Assembly: GCA_963663475.2 (NCBI GenBank)
Contig: CAXXJV010000001.1
Span: 1,376,001-1,440,000, forward strand
Origin: Candidatus Cloacimonadales bacterium
Lineage (GTDB): Bacteria; Cloacimonadota; Cloacimonadia; Cloacimonadales; JAFGVF01
DNA length: 64,000 nt
Direction: 5' to 3'
Within the stretch, counting starts at the first letter, position 1. Each line of letters opens with the position of its first letter. The notes beneath the pieces were generated by a model. That model was not told the origin of the DNA and did no database searches. It saw only the letters and a list, made by a program, of their open reading frames with translations. The position numbers and the translations under genes were made by a program. This document shows, in pieces, positions 1-9,734 of the stretch.

Positions 1-18
1 CAATCCTAAATAATCAAA

Positions 19-48
19 GAGCAGGCATCAAAACCTGCTCTTTTTTTT
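19..48 (+). terminator. Rho-independent terminator for a + strand gene upstream of the window
   Basis: GAGCAGG-catcaaaa-CCTGCTC hairpin followed by T8. Confidence 0.75.
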
Positions 49-136
49 GCTTAAAATTATCTAAACTGCAATTTAATTTCTCAATCTTAGAACTAAAGGC
101 GTATTCAATACGCCCCTACATTCTCAATTCTCAATT

Positions 137-631
137 CTAAATTCTCAATTCCTGAAGTGTCATTTTCACTGCCAATTCTAAGAAAGGGCTAGGTTTTCTT
201 CCGTGTTTTTTCATATTGATAGCAATAGCCCAAGCAGTTTGGGTTATTTTTTTATCTATCAAGTCTTGTTTCTTGGGTCTTTTACTTCTTTTCATGCTTT
301 GAGCTTTAGACCAGGCACTTTTTATCTCATTTTTTACTATTCCCTTCTTGCGAACCCATTCTTTAATCTTATCAACTGGGGGCATATGGGGCTTGATTCC
401 TTCATGTAGGTACTTAGGATATTTGGTAGAACCTGAGAGTTTCCCACCTTCAGCAACATATACCAGAATATAGGTTTCAGTATCAGACACCACAGTTTTA
501 GTCTGGATAGAGTTCTTTAAATGCCCTGTAACGACCATTTTCTCACTTTCTACGATGTTTATTGCCCTTGTCCTTATCTTGTCAGCAATTAAACCTAATT
601 CTTCTTTTAAATGCCTTTTTACGCTTTCCAT
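137..631 (-). CDS. Phage neck/tail-completion protein (HK97 gp10 / Mu gpG-like)
   Basis: TGHLKNSI, YPKYLHEG and PSPFL motifs; AAGGAG RBS before ATG 631 (track start 697 runs through a repeat). Confidence 0.6.
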   Translation of the reverse strand: MESVKRHLKEELGLIADKIRTRAINIVESEKMVVTGHLKNSIQTKTVVSDTETYILVYVAEGGKLSGSTKYPKYLHEGIKPHMPPVDKIKEWVRKKGIVKNEIKSAWSKAQSMKRSKRPKKQDLIDKKITQTAWAIAINMKKHGRKPSPFLELAVKMTLQELRI

Positions 632-700
632 GTGTTTCTCCTTTAATTTATCGCCCGAAGTCCCTTGCCTAGGCCTGAGGGACTCCGGTCTTCTCACTCA

Positions 701-1063
701 CTATATATCAATAAAAGGCAAAAATCCTTCTCGTTCATTTATGATGTCATAGATAATCAGATTAGCTTCTTTGAGATAAAAGTCTTGTCTTCTCATCACA
801 TCAGCATCAGAAATTAAATGTTGAGCAGATTCACCTGTCCCCACTTGTTTAAAGACTCCTTTATTGCCTGCTATATAAGATATACGAGGTATCAGGTAAT
901 ATGCAGTTAAATACTTAAGAGCCTTGGTTATAGCATTATCTCCTGTATCTTCTACACCCTTGCGGCCGATGTATTCATAAGCATCATTTATAGCATTCTC
1001 AATCACATCGTTATTTACATCTGTAATGTTCATAAATGTTTTAATCTGGTCTGCAGTAATCAT
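701..1063 (-). CDS. Putative head-tail connector
   Basis: 120 aa, MITADQIK..IENAINDA..I helical pattern; downstream of portal. Confidence 0.5.
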   Translation of the reverse strand: MITADQIKTFMNITDVNNDVIENAINDAYEYIGRKGVEDTGDNAITKALKYLTAYYLIPRISYIAGNKGVFKQVGTGESAQHLISDADVMRRQDFYLKEANLIIYDIINEREGFLPFIDI

Positions 1064-1440
1064 AAAAGCTCCTCAAAGTGTAAGGTTTCTGTAGTTAAAT
1101 TAAAGAGGGTGGCCTTGTACTCACTTCCGTTTATAACAAGGGGTGGTGATGTTTCAAGAGAGACAAATAAGTCAGCATCAAACTGCTCAATTTTACTGAG
1201 CAATTCTAAGACAATTTGAGTATGATTTACACTAGTTTCATCTGTTTTAGTTACTATGGTAAGACTTACGTCCACCTGGTATCGGTTGAGGTTTAGAGAT
1301 TCATTTTTCTTTTTAAAGACCTTTTCCAAGGAATACAGAGCCTTTCTATGGTAAGAGGCAATATCAGTATTAATATCTACTAAAGAAAGGCCTGTGCCTG
1401 CAATTAGCTCTTCTATCACATTCCATAAGGGGTAAATCAT
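1060..1440 (-). CDS. Phage protein, possible head-closure or tail terminator
   Basis: 126 aa, overlaps portal stop and next start. Confidence 0.4.
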   Translation of the reverse strand: MIYPLWNVIEELIAGTGLSLVDINTDIASYHRKALYSLEKVFKKKNESLNLNRYQVDVSLTIVTKTDETSVNHTQIVLELLSKIEQFDADLFVSLETSPPLVINGSEYKATLFNLTTETLHFEELL

Positions 1441-2495
1441 TAAGACCTCCTAAGCAAGCTGTCCACACTTGTATTTTCTTTGATATTATAGACTAGAGGG
1501 TTAATAGTGAAGTCTGGATTATTTCCAAAAATACCAGGATATTTCTTTGCCAGTCCTCCGAATTGCCCAGATAAGACTAATTGTTTTGGATGGATGGTAG
1601 TCTGGAAGAAGATCTCCATTTGCCCTTCAGTTTCTCCTGAACCTCCCATAGCAGTAGTATTAACCATAGAGAGTAAGCGGGGTGGTACTGCATGACAAGC
1701 AATGATGTTAGTAATACATTGTTGCTCCAACTGTAAGAAAGAAGCATCTTCTCTTTGCTGTAAAGCAGTCCATTTTCCTGACATTCCTTCTTTGTAAGGT
1801 ATAACTAAAAGTTTATGAGCTCTTTCTTCTCCCTGGAACTTTTGTCTGAAGAAAGATTGAACATTATATTGAGCATTGGGTGAAATAGCTCCTCCCATTA
1901 TCTCATAAACATAGTCTGGGATAGCGTTATTATCAAAAAATCTCTCATTATAAGTCTTAATCCTTTTAATAATCCTAATATCAGGGAGTATAGGAAGATA
2001 AGAAGGTGCACCATAAATTGTAGATAAAGGTGTAGCTTGTTTAAAATGAAATACTTCATCTTCTTTAAAATCAACACTTTCTCCGTTAACTGTTTGCCTG
2101 TAACCTGTTTTAATTTTTCTCATAGTTTGAGCAGGCAAGTGAAAGATTTGTCTTTTGCTTCCTACTTTAGGTAACTCCCAGTAAGCATTTCCATACATTT
2201 CATAATCCTTAATTGTTTTTAATAATAAAGTAATTGCTGAATCTGTTGGCGTTACTTCTTCCAGGATGTCCATAATTCTCTTATCAAAGCCCTTGCCCAG
2301 GATATTGATTGCTTTCTTTTCAATACACTCAGCATGATAAGGATTGATTGTATAAGCATCAGTGAGTTCATCCATTTCAAAAGGATAGTTGAACTCGTCG
2401 TCTTTTAAATCTAAAGCCTTACTTTTAGATGCTTGAGTATCATCAGATTTACTGATAATTACAAATGGTTCGTAGTTTAATTCATTACTATTCAT
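1440..2495 (-). CDS. Phage portal protein (PBSX/P2-type)
   Basis: NPYHAECIEKK, YGNAYWE, IYGAPSY, FFDNNAIP, HAVPPRLL motifs. Confidence 0.9.
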   Translation of the reverse strand: MNSNELNYEPFVIISKSDDTQASKSKALDLKDDEFNYPFEMDELTDAYTINPYHAECIEKKAINILGKGFDKRIMDILEEVTPTDSAITLLLKTIKDYEMYGNAYWELPKVGSKRQIFHLPAQTMRKIKTGYRQTVNGESVDFKEDEVFHFKQATPLSTIYGAPSYLPILPDIRIIKRIKTYNERFFDNNAIPDYVYEIMGGAISPNAQYNVQSFFRQKFQGEERAHKLLVIPYKEGMSGKWTALQQREDASFLQLEQQCITNIIACHAVPPRLLSMVNTTAMGGSGETEGQMEIFFQTTIHPKQLVLSGQFGGLAKKYPGIFGNNPDFTINPLVYNIKENTSVDSLLRRS

Positions 2496-2527
2496 ATATT
2501 TCTCCTTTTATTCCCCTACATTCCTCA

Positions 2528-3796
2528 CTAAACAACCATCACTCCATCAATCACTCTTTCAGAATGTCTTAAATCATAAAGCATAGCTAAAGACCAAAAT
2601 TTATCTCCATGATGTTCAGTGCTTTCTGCATTATAGGAGAAGATGTTAGTACGGTTAGCAGATCTCTTTATTGATAAAATATGATTAAGCAGTGAAGGAT
2701 CATTTGGTATTAATAGTTTCTTGTCTTCGAAGCCTCTTTTTAATCTTTTGGCAAGCCTTTCTTTAACAGCAGGAGCAAAGCTATATCCCTCAATTACATT
2801 AGGATAAAGGTAAGATAAATCTTCCCAGAGATTATAACCTATACCACCTCTATCTATAGCAAATCCATCTGCATCAGATTGTCTTATCAAGTTTATAAAA
2901 AACTCTTTCTGATAGGCAAAAGTCTCTCTCTTTAAGTCCTTTATATAATTAACAACCATTAACTTATCATCATTAATAAAGGCTCCTGTGATAGCAGTTT
3001 CATCTTTCTTTCTTCCAATATCAGCAGCATAAAACATTTTAGTGTCTTCAGGGGTTGGATGTTCGTTAACATAAAGACAGGGTTCTATCAGGTTGTAAGG
3101 AATATAAGAGTCTGTAGTATCTAATGGCAGGCATTCATAAGCTTGAGCAAATTCTTCAGGTGTAAAAAGACTTCTTAATTCATCAACATTAATATCAAGT
3201 CCTTCTTCTTTGGCTGTATGAATAGTGATTAAATGCTTAGAAAAAGCATCATTCTTATCCCATATTTCCCAAAACTTATCTATCCTACTCTTAGGAGTCG
3301 AGATTACTGTTACTCTTCCTTGAGCTGCTGTAATAGCAGGAATAATAGCTTTCCATACTTCCCTGTCCTGGATAATAAAAGCAAACTCATCTAAATATAC
3401 ATCACCTGCAAAACCTCTAGCAGTCATCCAATTAGTCGCCAAAGCTTTAATACTTTTACCATTGGGCATTAAGATTTCATGTTCAGTATCATTAAAAGCT
3501 TCTATTCCCATTGCTTTAAGATGACTTCTTACATGGTTCATCACAATAACAGCATTATCTTTAGAAGCTGAAACTATTAACTGGTCCTTGTTATTAATTA
3601 ATGAACCAATAATCATCTCTAGGCCTGATAGAAAAGAAAATCCTATTTGTCTCGATTTATTAGCAATCCTATACCTGGATTTATCAGCTAAGAACTTCTT
3701 TTGATATATTCTTAAGTTCTTGATACAGTATTGCTGTATAGCAGTCCTGACAAAAGCAGGTACCTTATCTGTTGACCATATTTGCCCTTTTTTCAT
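2528..3796 (-). CDS. Terminase large subunit
   Basis: KSRQIGFS Walker A, VYLDEFAF Walker B, ISTP motif, DIGRKKD and HHGDKFWSLAM nuclease motifs. Confidence 0.93.
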   Translation of the reverse strand: MKKGQIWSTDKVPAFVRTAIQQYCIKNLRIYQKKFLADKSRYRIANKSRQIGFSFLSGLEMIIGSLINNKDQLIVSASKDNAVIVMNHVRSHLKAMGIEAFNDTEHEILMPNGKSIKALATNWMTARGFAGDVYLDEFAFIIQDREVWKAIIPAITAAQGRVTVISTPKSRIDKFWEIWDKNDAFSKHLITIHTAKEEGLDINVDELRSLFTPEEFAQAYECLPLDTTDSYIPYNLIEPCLYVNEHPTPEDTKMFYAADIGRKKDETAITGAFINDDKLMVVNYIKDLKRETFAYQKEFFINLIRQSDADGFAIDRGGIGYNLWEDLSYLYPNVIEGYSFAPAVKERLAKRLKRGFEDKKLLIPNDPSLLNHILSIKRSANRTNIFSYNAESTEHHGDKFWSLAMLYDLRHSERVIDGVMVV

Positions 3797-4003
3797 TTTT
3801 CTCCTTTAATCTATCCACGAATTACACTAATTACACTAAGAAATAGCCACCGAAAACACTGAAAACACCGAATATCTTAAATTCGTAAATTATTAAATTC
3901 TTAAATCTTCTCTGTGTTCTCTGTGTCTCTGTGGTAAAATCTTCTTTCTTCAATTCCTCACTCCTAATTCCTAACTCTTAGCTTGGTCCTGTCTACAACT
4001 TTC

Positions 4004-4065
4004 GGTATAGATGTATATATCTATACCAAAACATATTGACACCCTTTAAAAAAAGAGCAATTTTA
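4004..4065 (+). promoter_or_regulatory. Palindromic operator plus -35 in the divergent head-gene promoter region
   Basis: GGTATAGAT-N6-ATCTATACC at 4004-4027, TTGACA at 4036-4041. Confidence 0.5.
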
Positions 4066-4097
4066 TCCATGTAATTAATTTTATTAAGGAGGCTTGA

Positions 4098-4733
4098 ATG
4101 CCAAAATTAAAAGAGTTAGATGTCTCTTTTGTGTCATTGGTTAAGAACCCTGCCAATAAAAAGGATATCGTATTTAAAGCAGCTGATAAATACAATATCA
4201 CTAAAATGGTTAAAGTGGTTAAAACTGATCCTAAAGGGCTTATCTATGGAACTGTCTATGAAGCTGACACTAAGGATTCACAAGGTGACTGGGCTGATAT
4301 TGATACTATTAGAAAAGCTGCTCATGAATTTCTAATGAAAGGTAAAAATCTAAATGTTGATGAAGACCATAATGAAAAACCTTCAGGTGCTGCTATTGTC
4401 GAATCTTATGTTGATGACAAAGCTTGGAAGGTAACTATTAAGGCCGACCCGGAAAGCGAAACCTTTAAAAAAGTTATGAAAGGTGATTATGAAGGACTTT
4501 CTCTCATGGGAGTTGCTAAGAAAGTTGAAGAAGAACCACCTGCTAAAGAAGATGCTTTAGCAAAATCTATGGAAGAAATTAAACAATTAAAAGAACAGGT
4601 TGCTCAATTACAGAAAAGTATGGAAAGCCTACCTGGTACAAAGCAAATCGAATTCGATAAAGACGGTAATATCATAGCTAAAAAAAGCGATGATACCGAA
4701 CTATTCTCTGAATTCAAAACCTTGGAGGTTTAA
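4098..4733 (+). CDS. Prohead protease/scaffold (XkdF-like)
   Basis: VSLVKNPANK, DSQGD, AAHEF, H, YEGLSLMG; C-terminal coiled coil; AAGGAGG RBS. Confidence 0.85.
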   Translation: MPKLKELDVSFVSLVKNPANKKDIVFKAADKYNITKMVKVVKTDPKGLIYGTVYEADTKDSQGDWADIDTIRKAAHEFLMKGKNLNVDEDHNEKPSGAAIVESYVDDKAWKVTIKADPESETFKKVMKGDYEGLSLMGVAKKVEEEPPAKEDALAKSMEEIKQLKEQVAQLQKSMESLPGTKQIEFDKDGNIIAKKSDDTELFSEFKTLEV

Positions 4734-4735
4734 GA

Positions 4736-5569
4736 ATGGCTAAACTTTTATCAAAAAAATCTGCTGACCGCTTCATTGAGATAATGGTAGAAAACTCTCC
4801 AGTTCTCAAGAAGATTTCCTTCGCAACTCTCTCTATGCCTGTTTGTGAATATCCTCTTTTGGGAATTAGCAGATATAAGACTCGCGGGATTGCCCGTAAC
4901 TCTGTCGCATCTCTCGTAAATCCTACTGATGTAACAATTTCTTTCAACTGTAAAGAAGTTGTTTTACCTTTAGTTATTCCTGATTCTTATGCTGAAGATA
5001 TGAATACTTCACAAGAAAAAATAGCTAATTATGTTGCTCGCGTTTTTGGCCTGGATATGCAATACCTTTTCTTAGCAGGTGATACTGCTAATGAAGGAAC
5101 TGCTGATAAAGACCTTCTTGCAAAAACTCTTGATGGTTTGGTTAAGCAAGTAACTGCCAGTGGAAACACTGTTGATTATCCTGCTGATGCTACACCTTTA
5201 GACAAGCTTAAGCTCTTAATCAAGGCACTTCCCGATAACGCTTTGGCTGATCCTAAACTGGAAATCTGGATGGGTTCCTCTGATTACACTGACCTCTGGG
5301 ATTCCATTGCCAATAACTCTGCTGATAAAGCACTCTTGATGAAAGATAACAAAATCTATTATAGAACTAAAGAAGTTGTCGAAATTCCTGAACTCTCTAA
5401 GATTATTGTTCTCAATCCTGAGCATGTTGCAGCTGGTATTGTTAGAGATATGACTATCGAAACTCAGCGTTATCCTGAAGCTCGTGGTAACAAAGTTGTT
5501 CTTTCTGCTCGTGTAGATATTCAACCTGTTACTGATCACATGGTTATTGAAGGTAGCCAATCAGCTTAA
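4736..5569 (+). CDS. Major capsid protein (short, 277 aa)
   Basis: Follows protease; ADRFIEIMVENSPVLK, FGLDMQYLFLAGD, DGLVKQ resemble HK97-fold P2-type capsids. Confidence 0.8.
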   Translation: MAKLLSKKSADRFIEIMVENSPVLKKISFATLSMPVCEYPLLGISRYKTRGIARNSVASLVNPTDVTISFNCKEVVLPLVIPDSYAEDMNTSQEKIANYVARVFGLDMQYLFLAGDTANEGTADKDLLAKTLDGLVKQVTASGNTVDYPADATPLDKLKLLIKALPDNALADPKLEIWMGSSDYTDLWDSIANNSADKALLMKDNKIYYRTKEVVEIPELSKIIVLNPEHVAAGIVRDMTIETQRYPEARGNKVVLSARVDIQPVTDHMVIEGSQSA

Positions 5570-5579
5570 GGAGTTGATT

Positions 5580-5777
5580 ATGCCTGTTTGTGAGCAACAC
5601 GCACGACTTGAAGAAGATATTAAATATATCAAAAATAAACTTGATGGCAATGGTCGTCCAGGTGTCCTGGAACGGCTTAGCCGTCTGGAAACGAAATTAA
5701 CAATCATAATCTGGCTTAATGGTTTTATGGCTTCTGCTGTGATTGGAAGCATTATTAAGTCTATAATTGGAGGATAA
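5580..5777 (+). CDS. Small coiled-coil plus TM protein (holin/XhlA-like)
   Basis: AAGGAG RBS; LDGNGRPGVLERLSRLE followed by C-terminal hydrophobic helix. Confidence 0.5.
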   Translation: MPVCEQHARLEEDIKYIKNKLDGNGRPGVLERLSRLETKLTIIIWLNGFMASAVIGSIIKSIIGG

Positions 5778-5778
5778 T

Positions 5779-6189
5779 GTGGGCGAATTATTTAATCATC
5801 CTGCTGTTGTATCTGCTATTAGTGTAATCTTTACACTTTTTATTATGGGGGCTTTCTGGATTATTAAAAAGCAAAAACTTAACTTTGACTTCTTACTTCC
5901 AACAGTCACCACTATTATTGAAGCTATCTTTGCTAATGCTAAGGCAACTAATCCTGCTTTAGCTGCAAGACAAGAAGTAGAGACGCGACTGTCTCAAGAG
6001 GAATTAGCTAGACTCTCTAAACGCTTAGCTACCAACGACCCCGTCCAAACTATATATAATACTATAACAAATCCGGCCAGAGAGTCCGGGGAAAAAGATG
6101 CTTCTTCCTGGATAAGACAAATTGCAAGTGGCTTAGGTGCTTCTGCTATCTCTGGACTCGCAAAAGGATTGGCAAAGAAGTTGTTTTAG
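5779..6189 (+). CDS. Membrane protein, putative holin/lysis protein
   Basis: GGAGG then GTG start; N-terminal TM; directly before lysozyme. Confidence 0.45.
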   Translation: MGELFNHPAVVSAISVIFTLFIMGAFWIIKKQKLNFDFLLPTVTTIIEAIFANAKATNPALAARQEVETRLSQEELARLSKRLATNDPVQTIYNTITNPARESGEKDASSWIRQIASGLGASAISGLAKGLAKKLF

Positions 6190-6197
6190 AGAAAATT

Positions 6198-6647
6198 ATG
6201 ATGAGACACATTAAAATTCAATGTAAAGAAATCGCTCGTAAGATGCTGATGAAACACGAAGGTCTAAGACTTAAACCTTATTCTTGCTCAGCAGGAAAAC
6301 TAACAATTGGTTTTGGGCGAAATTTGGAAGACAAGGGAATCACTGAAGTTGAAGCACATAATCTACTTGATAATGATATTGATTCTCTTGTCTCTCAACT
6401 GATTAAAACTTATCCCTGGTTTAGGGAACTCAATGATGTGAGAAAGGCTGTTGTTATTGATATGGCCTTTAACTTAGGACTAGCAGGCTTCTCTGCTTTT
6501 AAAAAGACTATTGCTTACCTTACTCAGCATGATTACTCTAATGCTTCTCGCGAAATGCTTAACAGCAAGTGGGCTATGCAAGTGGGTTATCGTGCCAATG
6601 AGCTATCTAAGCTAATGGAGAATGGAGAATTGAGAAGTGAGAAATAA
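6198..6647 (+). CDS. Endolysin, GH24 lysozyme
   Basis: HEGLRLKPY..SAGKLTIGFGRNL, MAFNLG, SKWAMQVGYRA. Confidence 0.92.
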   Translation: MMRHIKIQCKEIARKMLMKHEGLRLKPYSCSAGKLTIGFGRNLEDKGITEVEAHNLLDNDIDSLVSQLIKTYPWFRELNDVRKAVVIDMAFNLGLAGFSAFKKTIAYLTQHDYSNASREMLNSKWAMQVGYRANELSKLMENGELRSEK

Positions 6648-6694
6648 CCGGGAACGCTGACATCTTGTCGGCACACTAAATATAAGGAGAAAAT

Positions 6695-7216
6695 ATGTTA
6701 ACTAAAATAACAACTCTTACTTATGACTTGCTAACATCAGTTAATTCTGTATTTAGCAAACAATGTAGAGTTTATGTAGCAAAAGGTTCAATGGAAGAAG
6801 CTGATATACCTACAGACAAAGCATCACTTCAAGCACTCTATTCAGGTGTTGACGCTAAGTTTGTCTTTCTGGGTAACCTTTCTGAAAGTGGATCTAAAAT
6901 TGGTTGGAAGCAAAACTCAATTGCAATTGACTTTGGTTCAATAAATACCAATACTGATATTACAGGAACACTAATTTCACTTATGTGCGATAAAAATATG
7001 CTTGGTTTCATCGAAACTCAAGTAGGAGAACATTCATTTCTTTTTATACCTGATAAAGGTGATGATACTATTCTCTGTGCTCTTTCTGGAGTAACAATGT
7101 CTCATGAAGGTGAGATTCCTGTAGTAGGAAAGAATGAAACAGCCAAAATAACCTTAAATCTAACTGCAAACGTTAATAAGGTTACTGATGCTGTTAAATT
7201 TAGCAATCTAGCATAG
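6695..7216 (+). CDS. Putative tail tube protein
   Basis: 173 aa beta-rich, strong AAGGAG RBS, position after lysis genes. Confidence 0.45.
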   Translation: MLTKITTLTYDLLTSVNSVFSKQCRVYVAKGSMEEADIPTDKASLQALYSGVDAKFVFLGNLSESGSKIGWKQNSIAIDFGSINTNTDITGTLISLMCDKNMLGFIETQVGEHSFLFIPDKGDDTILCALSGVTMSHEGEIPVVGKNETAKITLNLTANVNKVTDAVKFSNLA

Positions 7217-7226
7217 AGGTGAAATA

Positions 7227-7658
7227 ATGAAAATGATAAGAATAAAGACCGGTAGTGAACTCCATGAGTTTTACGGAACTATTGATGTTACCCCTGAAAT
7301 AAAGCATATGGTAGAAGAAGAATGTGTTTATAATACTGGTCTTTCTTATCGTTTTGGTAAGTATTTTGTTGATAAGATTCAGCTTAATCTGAGTATTTCA
7401 GCTGAGGACTACGAAAATCTCTACTATAAAGTTATGAACTTGAATGAGTGGATTATTGCCTGGGAAACCTTAAACGGCTACCAATGGAGAAAATCTCGTT
7501 CTCCTCTCCCATATCCCTCTAAAATTCGCTTTATTAACGATGCTGTTACCCTAAAAATTGAGTCTGAACCTTACACTATACCAATGCAAAACATGACTAA
7601 TATTACTATGAATACTATCTGGAATGAATCTACTCCGGATAATACTATATGGAACTAG
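7227..7658 (+). CDS. Phage tail protein (possibly Dit-like)
   Basis: 143 aa in tail cluster with RBS. Confidence 0.35.
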   Translation: MKMIRIKTGSELHEFYGTIDVTPEIKHMVEEECVYNTGLSYRFGKYFVDKIQLNLSISAEDYENLYYKVMNLNEWIIAWETLNGYQWRKSRSPLPYPSKIRFINDAVTLKIESEPYTIPMQNMTNITMNTIWNESTPDNTIWN

Positions 7659-7821
7659 GAGTGAGGAGTGAATAGAACACAATGACACAGATTAAACAGA
7701 TTTACACAGATAAGAAAGATTTAATAATTTCGGTGTATTCGGTGTTTTCGGTGGCTAATATTTTCTTATCTTAAGACTCTGTGTTAAGGAAATTTAAAAG
7801 AATATAAAAAAAGGAGAAAGT

Positions 7822-8649
7822 ATGATAAATTTACCCGGTCCTGATACTACAGATTGGGGCACTCTCTATAACAGTGCTATTAATCAACTCGAAACTATGA
7901 TTAATGCCAAAACAACAGAAATTTCATCTCTACAAACTCTTGTTAGCCAACTTCAAGCAGCTTTAAGCGAAATAGAAATGGATACGCAACATATAGATCA
8001 CAATGGTACACCACTTTCTGATGTTGTCCATAATTTGGAAGGATCTTTTAACAATCCAATAACCCCAGGAACTAAAACCAAAATAACTTATGATGCTAAA
8101 GGTTTTGTGACAGGAGGTACTAACCTAACTGAAGGAGATATTCCTGCACTTTCAATATCTAAAATCATAGGGCTTGAGGATATAATTAACATGGTGTTAG
8201 TTGATATGGATAGAGTAGAAATATCTGCTTCTATTCGTAATACAAATGGTGGAATTAGAGTCTCATGTTTTACTAATCCTCCTGTACCAGTACAATCATG
8301 GTCTGTAATGTTGGAATGGAAAGGGTCAATTTTTTATGATGTCCGTTCTTCCTCAAGTGAAAGCTTTATCAATATGGGTAATTATCCAGAAATACCTGAT
8401 GGCCAATTAGTTAATATTATGGTGGCAGCAATATCTGGAACCAGTATTAAAAAAAAGAACTATTCACATACTTATAATTATGTGGCAACTTCCATAGATT
8501 TAAGAGTAAAAGCTGTAGAACATGAACTCGCACCTCAAGCTCTCATGGACAGAATAGCTCAAGATGATAATATTCTGAATGAATTAGTTAACAAGCTTCA
8601 ACACTCTGGCACATTAGTACAGCGTCTTAGTGAGGTTCTTGCCCGATGA
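7822..8649 (+). CDS. Tail fibre-like protein
   Basis: WGTLYNSAINQLE N-terminus; TKITYDAKGFVTGGT and DIPALSISKIIGL fibre motifs. Confidence 0.65.
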   Translation: MINLPGPDTTDWGTLYNSAINQLETMINAKTTEISSLQTLVSQLQAALSEIEMDTQHIDHNGTPLSDVVHNLEGSFNNPITPGTKTKITYDAKGFVTGGTNLTEGDIPALSISKIIGLEDIINMVLVDMDRVEISASIRNTNGGIRVSCFTNPPVPVQSWSVMLEWKGSIFYDVRSSSSESFINMGNYPEIPDGQLVNIMVAAISGTSIKKKNYSHTYNYVATSIDLRVKAVEHELAPQALMDRIAQDDNILNELVNKLQHSGTLVQRLSEVLAR

Positions 8650-8885
8650 CAAAGACCTTAAGAGACCTCAATGTTTATGAGTGGATGCAAGGCAAAACTG
8701 TAGCCACTAAACGCATTGATATTAGCCTTGAATATAAAGCTCCTATCTACTCCCTTGTAGATAAAAAGGAAGAAATTAACATCTTCGATAAAAATATAAT
8801 CACTGAATCTGATGACTTTCCTGCTACACCTGAACCAGGTCAAATTGTTAGAAAAAATGGAATAACATACATTTACCGCCCTTAA
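8646..8885 (+). CDS. Small tail-fibre-associated protein
   Basis: C-terminus FPATPEPGQIVRKNGITYIY similar to that of 9149..9733. Confidence 0.5.
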   Translation: MTKTLRDLNVYEWMQGKTVATKRIDISLEYKAPIYSLVDKKEEINIFDKNIITESDDFPATPEPGQIVRKNGITYIYRP

Positions 8886-8948
8886 TTCCCCTCTGCGGAG
8901 GGGTGCCTGTAAAGGCGGGGTGGTATAACAAGAAATAAGGAGAAAAAA

Positions 8949-9149
8949 TTGAATTTAACCGAATATCTCGAACAAAAAAGACAAAGCTTAATAGCTACCA
9001 ACAAGAACCTATCAGATGAAAAACTAAGAGTTGAAGGTGCCTGGTTAATCTTACAAGAGATTGAAGAGATAATAACAACCCCTAAATCCCCTAAAGGGGA
9101 CTTTGAGGAAGAGAAACCCAAAACAAAGAAAACAAAGAGAGGTAAATAA
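8949..9149 (+). CDS. Small phage coiled-coil protein
   Basis: AAGGAG RBS with TTG start; stop overlaps next ATG. Confidence 0.5.
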   Translation: MNLTEYLEQKRQSLIATNKNLSDEKLRVEGAWLILQEIEEIITTPKSPKGDFEEEKPKTKKTKRGK

Positions 9150-9733
9150 TGGCTTGGAAGAAAATAGTAGATTCATCATTTACTATTAATGGTAAGGCAC
9201 TAGAAGGTCCAATTGAATTAACAAAAGAAGATGTTGGACTTAGTAATGTAGATAACCTTTCCAGAGAACAACTAATTGCAGGACTTACAGCTGATGATAT
9301 TCCTGTAATTACTATAAGTAAAGTAACAGGTCTCCAAGGTGCATTAGATGCAAAAGTTCCTACTAGCAGAACTATTGCCGGTAAGCCCTTAACAGCTGAT
9401 ATATCTCTTGCTAAGGCTGATGTAGGACTGGCAAACGTAGAAAATAAATCACCTGAAGAACTTTCATCACTTATCAGAAGTCAAATTGTGGCTGATGATA
9501 TACCACTACTTGAAATAACAAAAATAAATGGATTAGTTGATTTACATGTGTTTCTAGCCTCTGAAATTAGCTCTAAAGTGTCTAAAACCACTACCATTAA
9601 TGGAAAGGCTTTAGATGCTAATATCTCTCTTGGCGGACAAGATATCATTAGGCCAGAGTCTTCTCTCCCTGCATCTGGTTCCCCTGGTGAAATGATTAGA
9701 TTCTCAGGTAATACCTATATATGGAAGGCTTAA
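9149..9733 (+). CDS. Tail fibre protein with repeats
   Basis: Repeats TINGKAL..DVGLxNVxN and ADDIP..ISKVTGL. Confidence 0.75.
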   Translation: MAWKKIVDSSFTINGKALEGPIELTKEDVGLSNVDNLSREQLIAGLTADDIPVITISKVTGLQGALDAKVPTSRTIAGKPLTADISLAKADVGLANVENKSPEELSSLIRSQIVADDIPLLEITKINGLVDLHVFLASEISSKVSKTTTINGKALDANISLGGQDIIRPESSLPASGSPGEMIRFSGNTYIWKA

Positions 9734-9734
9734 T

